From an uncultured bacterium (lineage in GTDB: Bacteria > Planctomycetota > SZUA-567 > JAKLDR01): 64,000 bases of DNA. The stretch spans positions 403 through 64,402 of the forward strand of contig CALGYR010000109.1 in NCBI GenBank assembly GCA_937935355.1, in the 5' to 3' direction. Below, piece after piece: positions 37,450 to 46,712 of the stretch (position 1 is its first letter; every line of letters starts with the position of its first letter). The notes beneath the pieces were generated by a model. That model saw nothing but the letters and a program-made list of their open reading frames with translations, was not told where the DNA came from and did no database searches. A program made the position numbers and the translations under genes.

Positions 37450-38436
37450 TCAGCAGGCAGCCCCCGCGCCGGCCCGCGCGGTGATTTCGCGCTCGTGCAG
37501 GGCGCCGAGTCCCGGGTACATGCGCATCCCGATCCAGCGGACCAGCCGGTCGCGCAGGGTCACCCGGCCGCGGCGCAGGCAGGTCCTGACGAACTCGCCG
37601 CTGTACGAGTCGAAGTACGAGGCGTGCGGCACGCAGCGGGGGCGGCCGCGCTTGAGCACGATCCGGAGCACCTCCGGCGCGACGATGCCGGCGGCCAGGG
37701 ACATGGCCGAGGCGATGGCCGGGACGCGCTGATTCTCGAAGTCGACGTGCTCGCGGTCCATGACCGCCCCGACCGGCATGCTCCGGGGCGCGACCGCGCC
37801 GCGCAGCATGCCGATGGCCGCCCCCGCCGCCCAGGACCAGGGCATCGGCGGCAGGAGGCCCGCGCCGAAGGCCACCATGCGCTGGGCCCGGGTCATGCCC
37901 GGGACGATGCCGAAGTACTCGTCGAAGCCCATGCCCTGCGGGTCGAAGATCTGCAGCGACGCCCCGTGGCCGATGGGTGCGGAGGTCATGGCGTGGACGC
38001 CCTTCTCCCGGGCCTTCCGGAAGTAGAGGCGCCGCGCGTCGATCTGGAAGAAGTCGATGCCGTCGAGGGCCACGTCCACGTCCCGGAAGAACTCGTCGGC
38101 GTTGTCCTCGCCGAACGGCCGGGGGATGACCCGGATGCGCACCTCCGGGTTGATGGCCCGGACCATCTCGGCCATGACCTCGGCCTTGCCGCGGCCCAGC
38201 GTATGCGCGAAGGCGCCCACCTGGCGCTGGAGGTTGACCGGCTCGAAGCGGTCCGGGTCGGCGATCACGAAGCCGCCCACGCCCATGCGGGCCAGCGTCA
38301 CCAGGTAGTTTCCGCCAACCGCGCCGACGCCGGCGATGCCGACCGTCGCGCCGCGCAGCAGTTCCTGCTCGCGCTCGGCGACCATGCCGATGTTCCGGGA
38401 AGTGGCCTCGGAGTACGACCAGCCCGCCGCGCCCAT
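37450..38436 (-). CDS. ThiF/MoeB-family E1-like adenylyltransferase.
   Basis: GIAGVGAVGG Rossmann motif. The start overlaps the upstream stop (TGATG). Confidence 0.8.
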   Translation of the reverse strand: MGAAGWSYSEATSRNIGMVAEREQELLRGATVGIAGVGAVGGNYLVTLARMGVGGFVIADPDRFEPVNLQRQVGAFAHTLGRGKAEVMAEMVRAINPEVRIRVIPRPFGEDNADEFFRDVDVALDGIDFFQIDARRLYFRKAREKGVHAMTSAPIGHGASLQIFDPQGMGFDEYFGIVPGMTRAQRMVAFGAGLLPPMPWSWAAGAAIGMLRGAVAPRSMPVGAVMDREHVDFENQRVPAIASAMSLAAGIVAPEVLRIVLKRGRPRCVPHASYFDSYSGEFVRTCLRRGRVTLRDRLVRWIGMRMYPGLGALHEREITARAGAGAAC

Positions 38437-39413
38437 CAGAGCACCTCCTCGCGCCCGGCCGGGACCAGGCCGGCCCGTCGGCGCATGGCCTCGAGAGCCG
38501 CGCGCCGCTCCGGACTCTCCCCGGCCAGCAACTCCGGCCGGACGGAGAGGAAGTGGCGCAGCTCGGCCTCGCCCATCGGGCGGAGTTCCCGGGAGAGCTC
38601 GTCCACCGCCCCGGCCTCGCCGCTCTGCGGGATCCACAGGCGGTAGATGGTGCGGTGGCGCTCGGACTCGCCGATCCGGTCGGGGGTGCTCAGCGGTATC
38701 GAGCAGAGCACCGCCGGGGCCCCGCCGACCCGGTCGTAGGCGCGTTCCGGGCCGGCCTCGACGAAGAGCAGCTTGCGCCGATAAAAGCCGGCGTGGCGTG
38801 GATTGACGGTGATCACGAAGTCGGTGGCGCCGCGGATGCGGCGGGCCACGAGGTAGGCGAGGTTGAAGAGGCGAACCAACAACTCCGAGCCGGCGACGGT
38901 TTCCTCGTCGATGCCCAGGGAGACGATCTCGGCCAGGCGCCGGCCGCGCTCCCGCAGGGCGTCGAGCTCCGCGCCGAAGAGTCCGTCGGCCGGCAATCCC
39001 AGCGGCGAGTCGAAGACCACGGTGAGAGCGCCGACGGGGACGACGGCGGTGGAAGGTGGAAGGTGGAGGGTGGAAGACAAAAGGGCGGAGGCCGAACTGT
39101 CGCGATCGGCTCCTTCCACCTTCCACCCTCCACCTTCCACCAGGCGCTTTTCGGCCAGAAGCGTCACCGTGTCGGGCTGGGCGTCATGGATGGACATCCA
39201 CAGCCTCGAGGGATGCGGTCGGGCGTATTCCTTCTCAAGGTACAGGCGGTAGATCAGTCCATAGGCGCTCCGGCGGCTCGCCAGGTCGTTGGCCACGCGG
39301 ATGCGATACGCCGCCGCCGCGCCCACCGACGCGGGTCCCTCATAACCGGTGCGGGCGACATCGGGAGTTCCCTCCAGGGCCTTGAGTCTCTGGCTCAGCT
39401 TCGTGGTCTTCAT
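38436..39413 (-). CDS. FeeM-like GNAT-fold N-acyltransferase (N-acyl amino acid synthase family). It carries an in-frame insert encoded by a palindromic repeat.
   Basis: Start MKTTKL at 39413 with a GGGAGA RBS. N-terminal YRIRVANDL ... AYGLIYRLYLEKEY resembles the long-chain N-acyl amino acid synthase (Acetyltransf_5) family. The ORF continues uninterrupted through the repeat at 39049-39140. Confidence 0.5.
   Translation of the reverse strand: MKTTKLSQRLKALEGTPDVARTGYEGPASVGAAAAYRIRVANDLASRRSAYGLIYRLYLEKEYARPHPSRLWMSIHDAQPDTVTLLAEKRLVEGGGWKVEGADRDSSASALLSSTLHLPPSTAVVPVGALTVVFDSPLGLPADGLFGAELDALRERGRRLAEIVSLGIDEETVAGSELLVRLFNLAYLVARRIRGATDFVITVNPRHAGFYRRKLLFVEAGPERAYDRVGGAPAVLCSIPLSTPDRIGESERHRTIYRLWIPQSGEAGAVDELSRELRPMGEAELRHFLSVRPELLAGESPERRAALEAMRRRAGLVPAGREEVL
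39049..39140. repeat. Near-perfect palindromic element lying in frame inside the N-acyltransferase gene: (GGTGGAAG)x4, a 34-nt loop, then (CTTCCACC)x4.
   Basis: Read directly. Encodes ...VEGGGWKVEGADRDSSASALLSSTLHLPPSTAVV... within the ORF. Confidence 0.85.
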
Positions 39414-39443
39414 GGTGGTCTCCCGTGCCGTCGACTCCCCTAA

Positions 39444-39459
39444 AGCAATCCACATGCCT
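39444..39459 (-). promoter_or_regulatory. Sigma-54 (-24/-12) promoter, aGGCATG-N4-TTGCT, driving the acyltransferase-ThiF-(FtsX) operon.
   Basis: Reverse complement of 39442-39459 is AGGCATGTGGATTGCTTT. GG and GC are spaced 10 nt apart, as in the consensus TGGCACG-N4-TTGCW. The predicted TSS is about 20 nt upstream of ATG 39413. Confidence 0.55.
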
Positions 39460-39594
39460 GCGCCATGCAGCCTTCCGCAGATTCGATCTGGCGATATCAC
39501 GGCGCTTAAGCGTGAGCGCGGGAGTTCCATCTACCCAGACCAAATGAATAATCACCTGGACATCACTTAAACATCACCTATACTGCGCTATGCC

Positions 39595-41994
39595 ATGAGC
39601 GCCAAGCAGACCGACGCAGAGGGTCCCGGCAGGAAGAAGTCCGGCGCGAACCGTCCTGCGCAATTGCATCCGGTGGTGGCCGAGTTCGAGGCCCACCCCA
39701 CCGGATTCATTGACAAGATGGGCGCAAGCCCGCGAGACCCGGCGGCGGCGGCCATTGTCAGGCTGAGCCGCGCGCTGTACGACGAAACCGGCGGCCGAGA
39801 GAAGCTGGCCTCGGTACGGGGCATGGACCTGGCCGGCTGCGACCCGGGGCTGGCCGTCCTGCTGCTGCAGGCCTGGGCCAAGCTGGCCACCCATCTCGAC
39901 CGGCCGGCCGAAGCCGCCACGGTGCTCAAGCGCGCCAGGCTGCTGCTCTCGCCGGACATGCCGGCCGGCCTGCACGCCGTCGTCCGCTTCGCCGAGGCCA
40001 TCCTGGCCTCTCATCGCGGCGACGTGCGGTCATACGGCGGCATGCTCGAGGAGACCCTCGAGCTCCTGCCGGAAAGTTCGCCTCACTACCCCCTCTACCT
40101 CATCAACTATGCGCTGCACCTGGCCCAGATGGGCCGGGCAACGGAAGTGCGCCCCCGACTGGAGCGGTTGCTGGCCGGGAATCCGCGGACCATTCACGTG
40201 ATCGACAGGATCAACTTCATCGACGCCCTGGAGTGCTGCCGGATCGAGGAGGCGGTGCGGCTCCACCCGCTCATCTCCCAGAACGTCCCCAGATTGGTGG
40301 GCTACGACCGGACCTACGAGTTCCTCTTCGACGTACTCCGCGACAAGATGCCCGCGCAAGCCGCCGCTCCATACGACAGCCAGCCGGGCTCCGCGCCGGA
40401 GTGGATCGCGGTGGTCGACCACCTCTTCGCCCGCCGGCCGGCCCGGGCGCTGGAGCTGGCCCGCCGCCTGGCCGCGGCCTCCCCGCGTCAGGCGCTCAGC
40501 GTCACGCGCTTCGACGCTTTCAACCTGATCCGGACCGAGTTGGCCAACGGCCGCGGCGAGGCGGCCAGGCGGCTGGTCGCCATGCGCCGCGAGATCGGCA
40601 ACCCCCACCATCTCGACGATCTCTTCCTGGCTCGCGCCGACCTGCTCGCCGGGGACCGCGCGGCGGCGGCCCGGCGCTTCGCCGCCGTCGACGGCGAGTG
40701 CCGCCGGCTGGGCGCCTCGGGCCGGGTGGATTTCGAGCTCCAGCTGGCCTGCGAGCTCCCGCCCCGCGACCTGGCCTTCCTGCTGTCGGCTGGAGGCGAG
40801 GCGGGGCGCGGCGCCCGGCGCGCCGGATCGTCCACGACCGCGGGCCCGTCTGCCGGGGGCGTCCCCGACGGCGGCCCGGCCGTCGGGATCGACCGCCTGA
40901 TCGGCCCCAGCCCGGCCATGGCCCGGATCCGCGAGTCCCTCGGCCGGCTGGCCGGCTCGGACCTGCCGGTGCTCATCACCGGCGAGACCGGGACCGGCAA
41001 GGAGGTGGTCGCCCGGGCGCTGCACGAGGCCTCGCCCCGGGCGGCGAAGCCCTTCGTGACCGTGAACTGCGGGGCCATTCCCGACTCGCTGCTCGAGTCG
41101 GAGCTCTTCGGCCACGCCCGGGGGGCTTTTACCGGCGCCGACCGCGCGGCGCGGGGGCTCTTCCTCGAGGCCGCCGACGGCGACATCCTGCTCGACGAGA
41201 TCGGCGAGATCTCCCCGCGGCTGCAGGTGGCCCTGCTGCGCGTGCTCGAGAGCGGCGAGGTCCGGCCGGTGGGCGCGCCCCGCGCGCAGCGGATCCGCTG
41301 CCGGGTGCTGGCCAGCACCAACGCGGACCTCTCCGCGGCCGTGGAGAAGGGCCGCTTCCGCCGCGACCTCTTCTACCGGCTCAGGCGGCTGCTCGTGCAC
41401 ATCCCGCCGCTCGGCGAGCGGCGCGAGGACATTGTGCCGCTGGCGCGGCATTTCCTCAACGAGGGCCGCCCCGGCGGCGAGGCCGCCGCCATGGAGCCGG
41501 AGCTCGAGGCGGAGCTCGCCCGTCGCGACTGGCCCGGCAACGCCCGGGAACTGCGCAACGCCATGGAGCGCCTGCGGCTGCTCAACTCCGACGGCCTGCG
41601 CTACTCGCTGGCGAGCTGGCGCCGGTCCGCGGCGGACGAACCGGAGGCGCCGGCCACCGGCCCGGCTGGGGCCGCCGCCCCCGACGCGCCTGCCGGCGGG
41701 ACCGAGGCCGCGGCGGACACGCCCCCCGCATCGGCTCCCGCGCCGGCCGCGGACGTCGCCGGCTTCCTGCGCGAGGGCCGCACCCAGTTCCGGCGGCTCG
41801 ACCGCCTGCGGGAGCTCTTCCGGCGGCACGGCAAGCTCAGCCGCACCGAGGCCGCGCGCATCCTGGGCGTGTCGCTCCGCACCGCCACCATGGACCTGAA
41901 GGTCCTGTGCCGCGAGGGGCTGGTCGAGAAGGTGGCGCCGACCGCCTCGCCGCGGACGCACTACTTCAGGACGAGAGACGGCGCAGGCGGCTGA
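39595..41994 (+). CDS. Sigma-54-dependent transcriptional activator (bacterial enhancer-binding protein) with an N-terminal TPR-like sensory region.
   Basis: AAA+ sigma-54 interaction domain (GETGTGKE, GAFTGA, ESELFGH). Divergent from the sigma-54 promoter operon. Confidence 0.85.
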   Translation: MSAKQTDAEGPGRKKSGANRPAQLHPVVAEFEAHPTGFIDKMGASPRDPAAAAIVRLSRALYDETGGREKLASVRGMDLAGCDPGLAVLLLQAWAKLATHLDRPAEAATVLKRARLLLSPDMPAGLHAVVRFAEAILASHRGDVRSYGGMLEETLELLPESSPHYPLYLINYALHLAQMGRATEVRPRLERLLAGNPRTIHVIDRINFIDALECCRIEEAVRLHPLISQNVPRLVGYDRTYEFLFDVLRDKMPAQAAAPYDSQPGSAPEWIAVVDHLFARRPARALELARRLAAASPRQALSVTRFDAFNLIRTELANGRGEAARRLVAMRREIGNPHHLDDLFLARADLLAGDRAAAARRFAAVDGECRRLGASGRVDFELQLACELPPRDLAFLLSAGGEAGRGARRAGSSTTAGPSAGGVPDGGPAVGIDRLIGPSPAMARIRESLGRLAGSDLPVLITGETGTGKEVVARALHEASPRAAKPFVTVNCGAIPDSLLESELFGHARGAFTGADRAARGLFLEAADGDILLDEIGEISPRLQVALLRVLESGEVRPVGAPRAQRIRCRVLASTNADLSAAVEKGRFRRDLFYRLRRLLVHIPPLGERREDIVPLARHFLNEGRPGGEAAAMEPELEAELARRDWPGNARELRNAMERLRLLNSDGLRYSLASWRRSAADEPEAPATGPAGAAAPDAPAGGTEAAADTPPASAPAPAADVAGFLREGRTQFRRLDRLRELFRRHGKLSRTEAARILGVSLRTATMDLKVLCREGLVEKVAPTASPRTHYFRTRDGAGG

Positions 41995-42006
41995 GGGCGC
42001 GTCCGG

Positions 42007-43662
42007 CTAGTCGTCCGAGAGAACGGCCAGCCTCCGCGCCGCGGCCATCAGGAAGAAGCGGAACAGGATCGCATAGAGCAGCAGGTACAGCACATCGATC
42101 AGCATCCCGCTTATGATGGCGAAGCTATGTTCCGACCAATGTCTCACGGACAAGAACCAATACCACCGAATCAGGAATGATGTCGCGAAGGTCAAGCCTA
42201 CGAGGAATCCATACGAAGAGATCAGCGCCCAGACCACGGAACGCCAGCGTGCCGCGCAGTACAGTCCAACGGCCCCGTACATGGCCACGATCATCGTGCG
42301 ATTCAGCAGCGCCAGGGCTCCTGAACACCCATGTACCAGCATGGACGCCCCAGACTCGCTTGATCCGGCGCCTCCGACGTGTGCCCCATACCACCACCAG
42401 AAGACCCTGGTGGGCACGATCAGGGCGCACAGGACCAGGGCCGGATGCGCGCACTTGCCGGCCAGTCTGCTCGCCGCCAGGCGCAGCGGCGCCACGGGCG
42501 TGATGGCCAGAGACTCCGACACGCCCGACTGCCGGTCGGTCGCGAGCGTGGCGGCCACGATGGTGGCGATGGCAAGGAAGGGAAGCACGTACAAAGAGGT
42601 CACGGCCAGATCGAAGGCAATCTCGGGCAGTCCCCAGTTCGCCATCCGCCAGCCGTAGATCTGCACCGGGATTGGAAGACACGCCGCCACCAGAAATCCG
42701 CCCCAGAGGACCGCCAGCCGCCGCCACGTCCAGAACCCGCGGCGCTCCGCCCTGAAGAGCGGGTCGCGGAACAGCTTCCAGCGCCAAAGCGCCCAGAAGG
42801 AGACGTCCAGCCCCAGGCTCTCCGGCTCCTCCCGGGCCAGGTCCTTGAGCTCGGGATTCTTCTCGCGCCAGTGCAGAGCCTCGCCGAGCCTTCCGGCCCC
42901 GCCCCTGACCAGCAGCAGCCAGGCCAGCAGGCACGGCAGGACGTCGCCGGCCAGGAAGGCTCCGGCCACGATGGCGCCCGGCACGCGGTCGTCGAGACCG
43001 CCCCAATACCCGACGGTCAGCAGCAGGCCGAAGACCGCGCTCAGAGGAAGGCGCGCGCCCACGGCCAGGAGCGCCCTGGCGGCGATGCGCAGGACGCCCG
43101 GCCGCTCGAGGCTTCCGGTCTGGGCCGCCCAGGCCCCGGCCGCCACGGCGACAGCCGTCGAGGCTGCGGCCTGGACCCACATCAGCGCGCCGATCGTAAG
43201 CCAGGAAGGATTCAGCTCCGGGCCGACCAACCCCGGGGCGAGATAGAGCGGGGCGAGCAGGGCGAGGGCCACGGCCGGCGCCACCAGGGCGCGATGGGCC
43301 TCGTCGCGAAACCAGCCTTGCAGCAGTCGTTCCCGCCGGGCCGGGGACGCCTCGCGCACGAGATCCCGGAGGGTGTCGCGCTTCTTGCGCCCCGGAGCAC
43401 GGCTGGCCCCATGGATGGCGGCGGCCACGTTCGCGGACGCGGTCAGCACGCCGAGCGCGAGCCAGCGCTGCCAGACATCCCGAGGCGAGTCGGCGGTGGC
43501 CAGCAGGACGAGCGCGTATAGCGCATAGGCGGCCACCACCGCGACGTACGCCCCCGGCCGTCCGTGCCGGAGGCGGAACTCCTTCCAGAACCCGGTGGAG
43601 AAGCCGGCTGAGGCCGGAGCCTCCGGCTGTCGGCCGGTTGACGGGTCCCGCCCGTCAGTCAC
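42007..43662 (-). CDS. Hypothetical polytopic membrane protein (at least 10 TM helices).
   Basis: Long hydrophobic ORF. The start is uncertain. Confidence 0.55.
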   Translation of the reverse strand: MTDGRDPSTGRQPEAPASAGFSTGFWKEFRLRHGRPGAYVAVVAAYALYALVLLATADSPRDVWQRWLALGVLTASANVAAAIHGASRAPGRKKRDTLRDLVREASPARRERLLQGWFRDEAHRALVAPAVALALLAPLYLAPGLVGPELNPSWLTIGALMWVQAAASTAVAVAAGAWAAQTGSLERPGVLRIAARALLAVGARLPLSAVFGLLLTVGYWGGLDDRVPGAIVAGAFLAGDVLPCLLAWLLLVRGGAGRLGEALHWREKNPELKDLAREEPESLGLDVSFWALWRWKLFRDPLFRAERRGFWTWRRLAVLWGGFLVAACLPIPVQIYGWRMANWGLPEIAFDLAVTSLYVLPFLAIATIVAATLATDRQSGVSESLAITPVAPLRLAASRLAGKCAHPALVLCALIVPTRVFWWWYGAHVGGAGSSESGASMLVHGCSGALALLNRTMIVAMYGAVGLYCAARWRSVVWALISSYGFLVGLTFATSFLIRWYWFLSVRHWSEHSFAIISGMLIDVLYLLLYAILFRFFLMAAARRLAVLSDD

Positions 43663-43878
43663 CGGCTGGCGTCTCCGTCATACCGCAAGCATCGAGCTCG
43701 AATACCCCGCAGCAGACCGGGCACCTGTAGCGCAGACTGCTCACGCCAGCCTCCACAACGCCGATTGCGTTTCCGTATCAGTTAGCCGGATGGCCCGATT
43801 ATCGCCCGCCCGGCGCCTCCGACAAGCTCAGGCGCAGCGCGTCCACGGCATGTCAGCAGGAGGACCGCCCATGAACAC

Positions 43879-43921
43879 TTGGCTCTGCGTCATCCGTGTT
43901 CATCGGTGTGCATCTGTGGCC
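43879..43921. repeat. Single arm of the CACAGATG/GTTCATC repeat family (TCATCCGTGTTCATCGGTGTGCATCTGTGGCC).
   Basis: It overlaps and encodes the last 6 codons plus the stop of the heparinase-like gene. Confidence 0.7.
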
Positions 43922-46020
43922 GAAGCTCCGATCTCTCCGCCGATGCCCGGGAACTCGACCCGCTCCGCGCCGACCTTGACGACCAGCCGGCCGCCGGCGA
44001 GCTCCGCCGAGGCCTCGCTCGGTGCGGCCGCCGGGTCGTCGGCGGTGAGCACGGTCACGAAGAGCCGCTTCGCCGCCGACGCCGGCGACTCGAGCTCCAG
44101 GCGCCAGAGGCCCTCCTCGGGCAGGGGCTTGAGGTCCTTCCGGCCCTTGTGGACCCGGACGAACTTGTCGCAGGTCGTGTAGGGGTAGTTGACCCCGTTG
44201 ACCTCGCACTCATGGCCCTCGCCGCCGATGAGCGTCGCCTTGGTGGCGGCCGGCAGGAGCGGCCGGACGTAGAGCACCGACTCGGGCGTCCGCACCTCCC
44301 AGACGGAGGGCTGGCCGGCGCCCGTTGCCGCCGCCCCGGCCGCTACCGCGGCCGCCGCGACCGGCTTCGGCTCGACGGGCGCGTGCAGCAGCCAGCGCGC
44401 GCGGATCTCCGGGCGAACGGTCTCGGTCTCGTCGACCACCACCAGGTGCCTGCCGCCGACGAAGGCCAGGCGCCGGACGAAGCGCCGGACCTTGGCCTGG
44501 TCCCAGGCGGCGGTCACGTCGGCGACCACGCTGTGGAAGCCGGCGCCCGTGCCAGAGGCCCAGGCCGGGTCGTCGACCGCCAGAATCTCGCCGGTCTCGA
44601 CGCAGGGCTCCGCTCCCGGCTCCTTGTGGGCGAGATAGTCGGCGACGGTGCCGGCCGACTGGTAGTGCATCTGCCGCTGGCGGCCCTCGTCGGCCGGGTC
44701 GGCCGGATCGGAGAAGATCACCGTGTTGGCCGAGACCGCCTGCTTGTAGTAGTGGTGGCGGTGGTCGGTGTCGAAGCCCCAGTAGCCGCCGCCCTTGAGG
44801 GCCAGCCCGCCCTTCCGGAAGATCGTGAAGCTGCCCTGGTCGAAGTGCCCGTGGTCCTCGAAGTAGTCGCCGCAGCGGAAGTGCACCAGCGTCGCCGACT
44901 CCGACCAGTCCGAGCGCCAGAAGGCGTGGCCCACGCCGTGGGGCGAGAAGACCCGGAAGACGGGCAGTTCCTCGAGCGACCGGGGCGCCACCTCGGGGTC
45001 GTGGAAGGCGAAGAAGAGGTAGATCCACTCCGCGTGGTAGCCGCTGGTCTTGAAGCGCTCGCTGATCCGGCGGGCGAGCTCCGCGGCATAACCGTCGCGG
45101 TACTCGGCGGCCAGGATGTCGAGCATGAAGCGGAAGTGCTTGGCCGGGTCGGTCGTGGCCACGTCGCCGTAGAGCACATGGCGGAAGTCCGGCCGCACCG
45201 CGTACGTCAGGAATGGCGCCGTGGCCCGCAGCCAGTCGCTGTCGGCCGCGCGGGCGGTGTGGAAGTAGTCGACGTTCGCCGCGCTCTTCGCCCCCTCCAG
45301 GAACTGGAGCAACGGGAACATCATGTAGTTGGGCCCGTAGCTCAGGCCGTTGTGCATGGCCCCGTCCTGGATGGCCCGGGCCGGGAGCAGCCGCTCCTCG
45401 TAGTAGCGCCGCGCGAACCCGAAGAGCCCGGCGCCCTCCGGCCGGACGTCGTGGAGGGCGAGCCCGGCGAGGCCCACCCCCGCGGTCCAGGCGTACATCC
45501 GGGTGTGGAAGACGTGGGCGCCCTCGCCCTCGAGATACGCGCGCATCCCGGCGGCGAGCGAGAGCATCCGGTCCTCGACCATCCGGCGGTCCTCCGCGGA
45601 GAAGCCCTTCCAGGCGAAGAGCCAGTCGTAGGCCAGCGCCGCGTCGACGAGCTCGGTGCCTTCGTCGCTGGTGCCGAGCTTGGTGCGGAGCGACTTGAGC
45701 CCGGCGAGGGCCTCGGCGGCGGCGGCCTCGTCGCCGGAGATCAGCCACTTGAGCGCCAGGTTCGCGCGGGTGGTGCGCAGCAGCCGCACCCGGTCCTTGA
45801 AGGGCTCGGTCGCGGCACGCGCGCGGAGCTCGGCCACCGAGCGCCCGCCCGGCCAGGACTCCGGCCGGAAGAAGAGCCGCGGCCGGCAGGTCTCGAGGCG
45901 GCTGGGCGGGAAGCTGCCCGAGGAAGCGTCCCGGCCGGAGAGGCCCAGGCAGCCGGGCAGTCCCAGGACCGCCGCCGATGCCAGCAGAAGAACCGAGACG
46001 GTGATGACGCTGCGTCTCAC
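43900..46020 (-). CDS. Heparinase II/III-like polysaccharide lyase, a probable lipoprotein.
   Basis: Lipobox LGLPGC. Alginate-lyase-like N-terminus and the Hepar_II_III-like block FEDHGHFDQGSF. Confidence 0.75.
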   Translation of the reverse strand: MRRSVITVSVLLLASAAVLGLPGCLGLSGRDASSGSFPPSRLETCRPRLFFRPESWPGGRSVAELRARAATEPFKDRVRLLRTTRANLALKWLISGDEAAAAEALAGLKSLRTKLGTSDEGTELVDAALAYDWLFAWKGFSAEDRRMVEDRMLSLAAGMRAYLEGEGAHVFHTRMYAWTAGVGLAGLALHDVRPEGAGLFGFARRYYEERLLPARAIQDGAMHNGLSYGPNYMMFPLLQFLEGAKSAANVDYFHTARAADSDWLRATAPFLTYAVRPDFRHVLYGDVATTDPAKHFRFMLDILAAEYRDGYAAELARRISERFKTSGYHAEWIYLFFAFHDPEVAPRSLEELPVFRVFSPHGVGHAFWRSDWSESATLVHFRCGDYFEDHGHFDQGSFTIFRKGGLALKGGGYWGFDTDHRHHYYKQAVSANTVIFSDPADPADEGRQRQMHYQSAGTVADYLAHKEPGAEPCVETGEILAVDDPAWASGTGAGFHSVVADVTAAWDQAKVRRFVRRLAFVGGRHLVVVDETETVRPEIRARWLLHAPVEPKPVAAAAVAAGAAATGAGQPSVWEVRTPESVLYVRPLLPAATKATLIGGEGHECEVNGVNYPYTTCDKFVRVHKGRKDLKPLPEEGLWRLELESPASAAKRLFVTVLTADDPAAAPSEASAELAGGRLVVKVGAERVEFPGIGGEIGASATDAHR

Positions 46021-46193
46021 TTCGAGCCTTCCTTCCTCATCTTCTCCCTGTCACTGTCAATACACCGAACAATGCATCGGCACATGTGGTTCAGGGGCAC
46101 ATAAAGCGGGCGGCCGGGCAGTCCGGTCTGCTCAACCGACCGGACTGACCAGCCGCCCCGGCACCAGGGACTGCCGCTAGTTCGCGGCAGTCA

Positions 46194-46460
46194 TCACGGC
46201 GCAGGTTGCGCCGACGCCGCGCCCATGGCCCCGCAGATCGCGCCGACAACTATCAGGCCAATGCCCGCCAAGTAGAGAAGAAAGCCCTTCTTGGCGACGC
46301 TCCAGTGCAGAACGACGAAAACCAGGCTGACCACCGGAACGAGCAGGCTGCCCAGTCCCCAACCGACGCTCTCCTTGAATGCCTCGATCAGCACCATGAT
46401 GCCGCCGATCAACGCCACGATTCCACCAACGACCAGGAGAAGAGTACCGAGAATCCCCAT
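46194..46460 (-). CDS. Small hypothetical membrane protein, 88 aa.
   Basis: Start MGILGTL at 46460. Two TM helices. The 368-aa track ORF is a spurious extension. Confidence 0.5.
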   Translation of the reverse strand: MGILGTLLLVVGGIVALIGGIMVLIEAFKESVGWGLGSLLVPVVSLVFVVLHWSVAKKGFLLYLAGIGLIVVGAICGAMGAASAQPAP

Positions 46461-46712
46461 TTCCGGCCCTCCAAAAAGTGGTTCCAGGCCCACCCCCACA
46501 CTTAGCTTCCGAGCCGCATCGGCGACTCGGCCTGAACCTGCGGGCATTCTAGTCATCAATCCCGGTTTGCAAATGGCTTTCGGAGCTTCTCTTGACGTTC
46601 CTTTGGAGCGCATGAAAGGTGGAAGTTCATCTGCGGCAGGCCGTCGAACGGCAAAAGCGCAATTGACGCCGCCGACTGCCGCCGTAGTCTTCTCTGCAAA
46701 GGAGGCAGCTCC

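Noticed and set aside
38436-39530. Longer 364-aa version of the N-acyltransferase ORF, starting at 39530.
   Set aside because: A GGGAGA RBS and ATG at 39413, placed correctly downstream of the predicted sigma-54 promoter, favour the shorter start. The extension would also run through the promoter.
39414-39594. A sigma-70-like promoter search in the divergent intergenic region (TATACT at about 39577).
   Set aside because: Only a weak -10-like hexamer is present, with no convincing -35. The sigma-54 match is much stronger, so only that one is reported.
43853-44209. Small plus-strand ORF with an AGGAGG RBS and ATG at 43870 (MNTWLCVIRV...).
   Set aside because: It lies inside the C-terminal coding region of the heparinase-like gene on the other strand. 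It is largely encoded by the repeat element and has no support.
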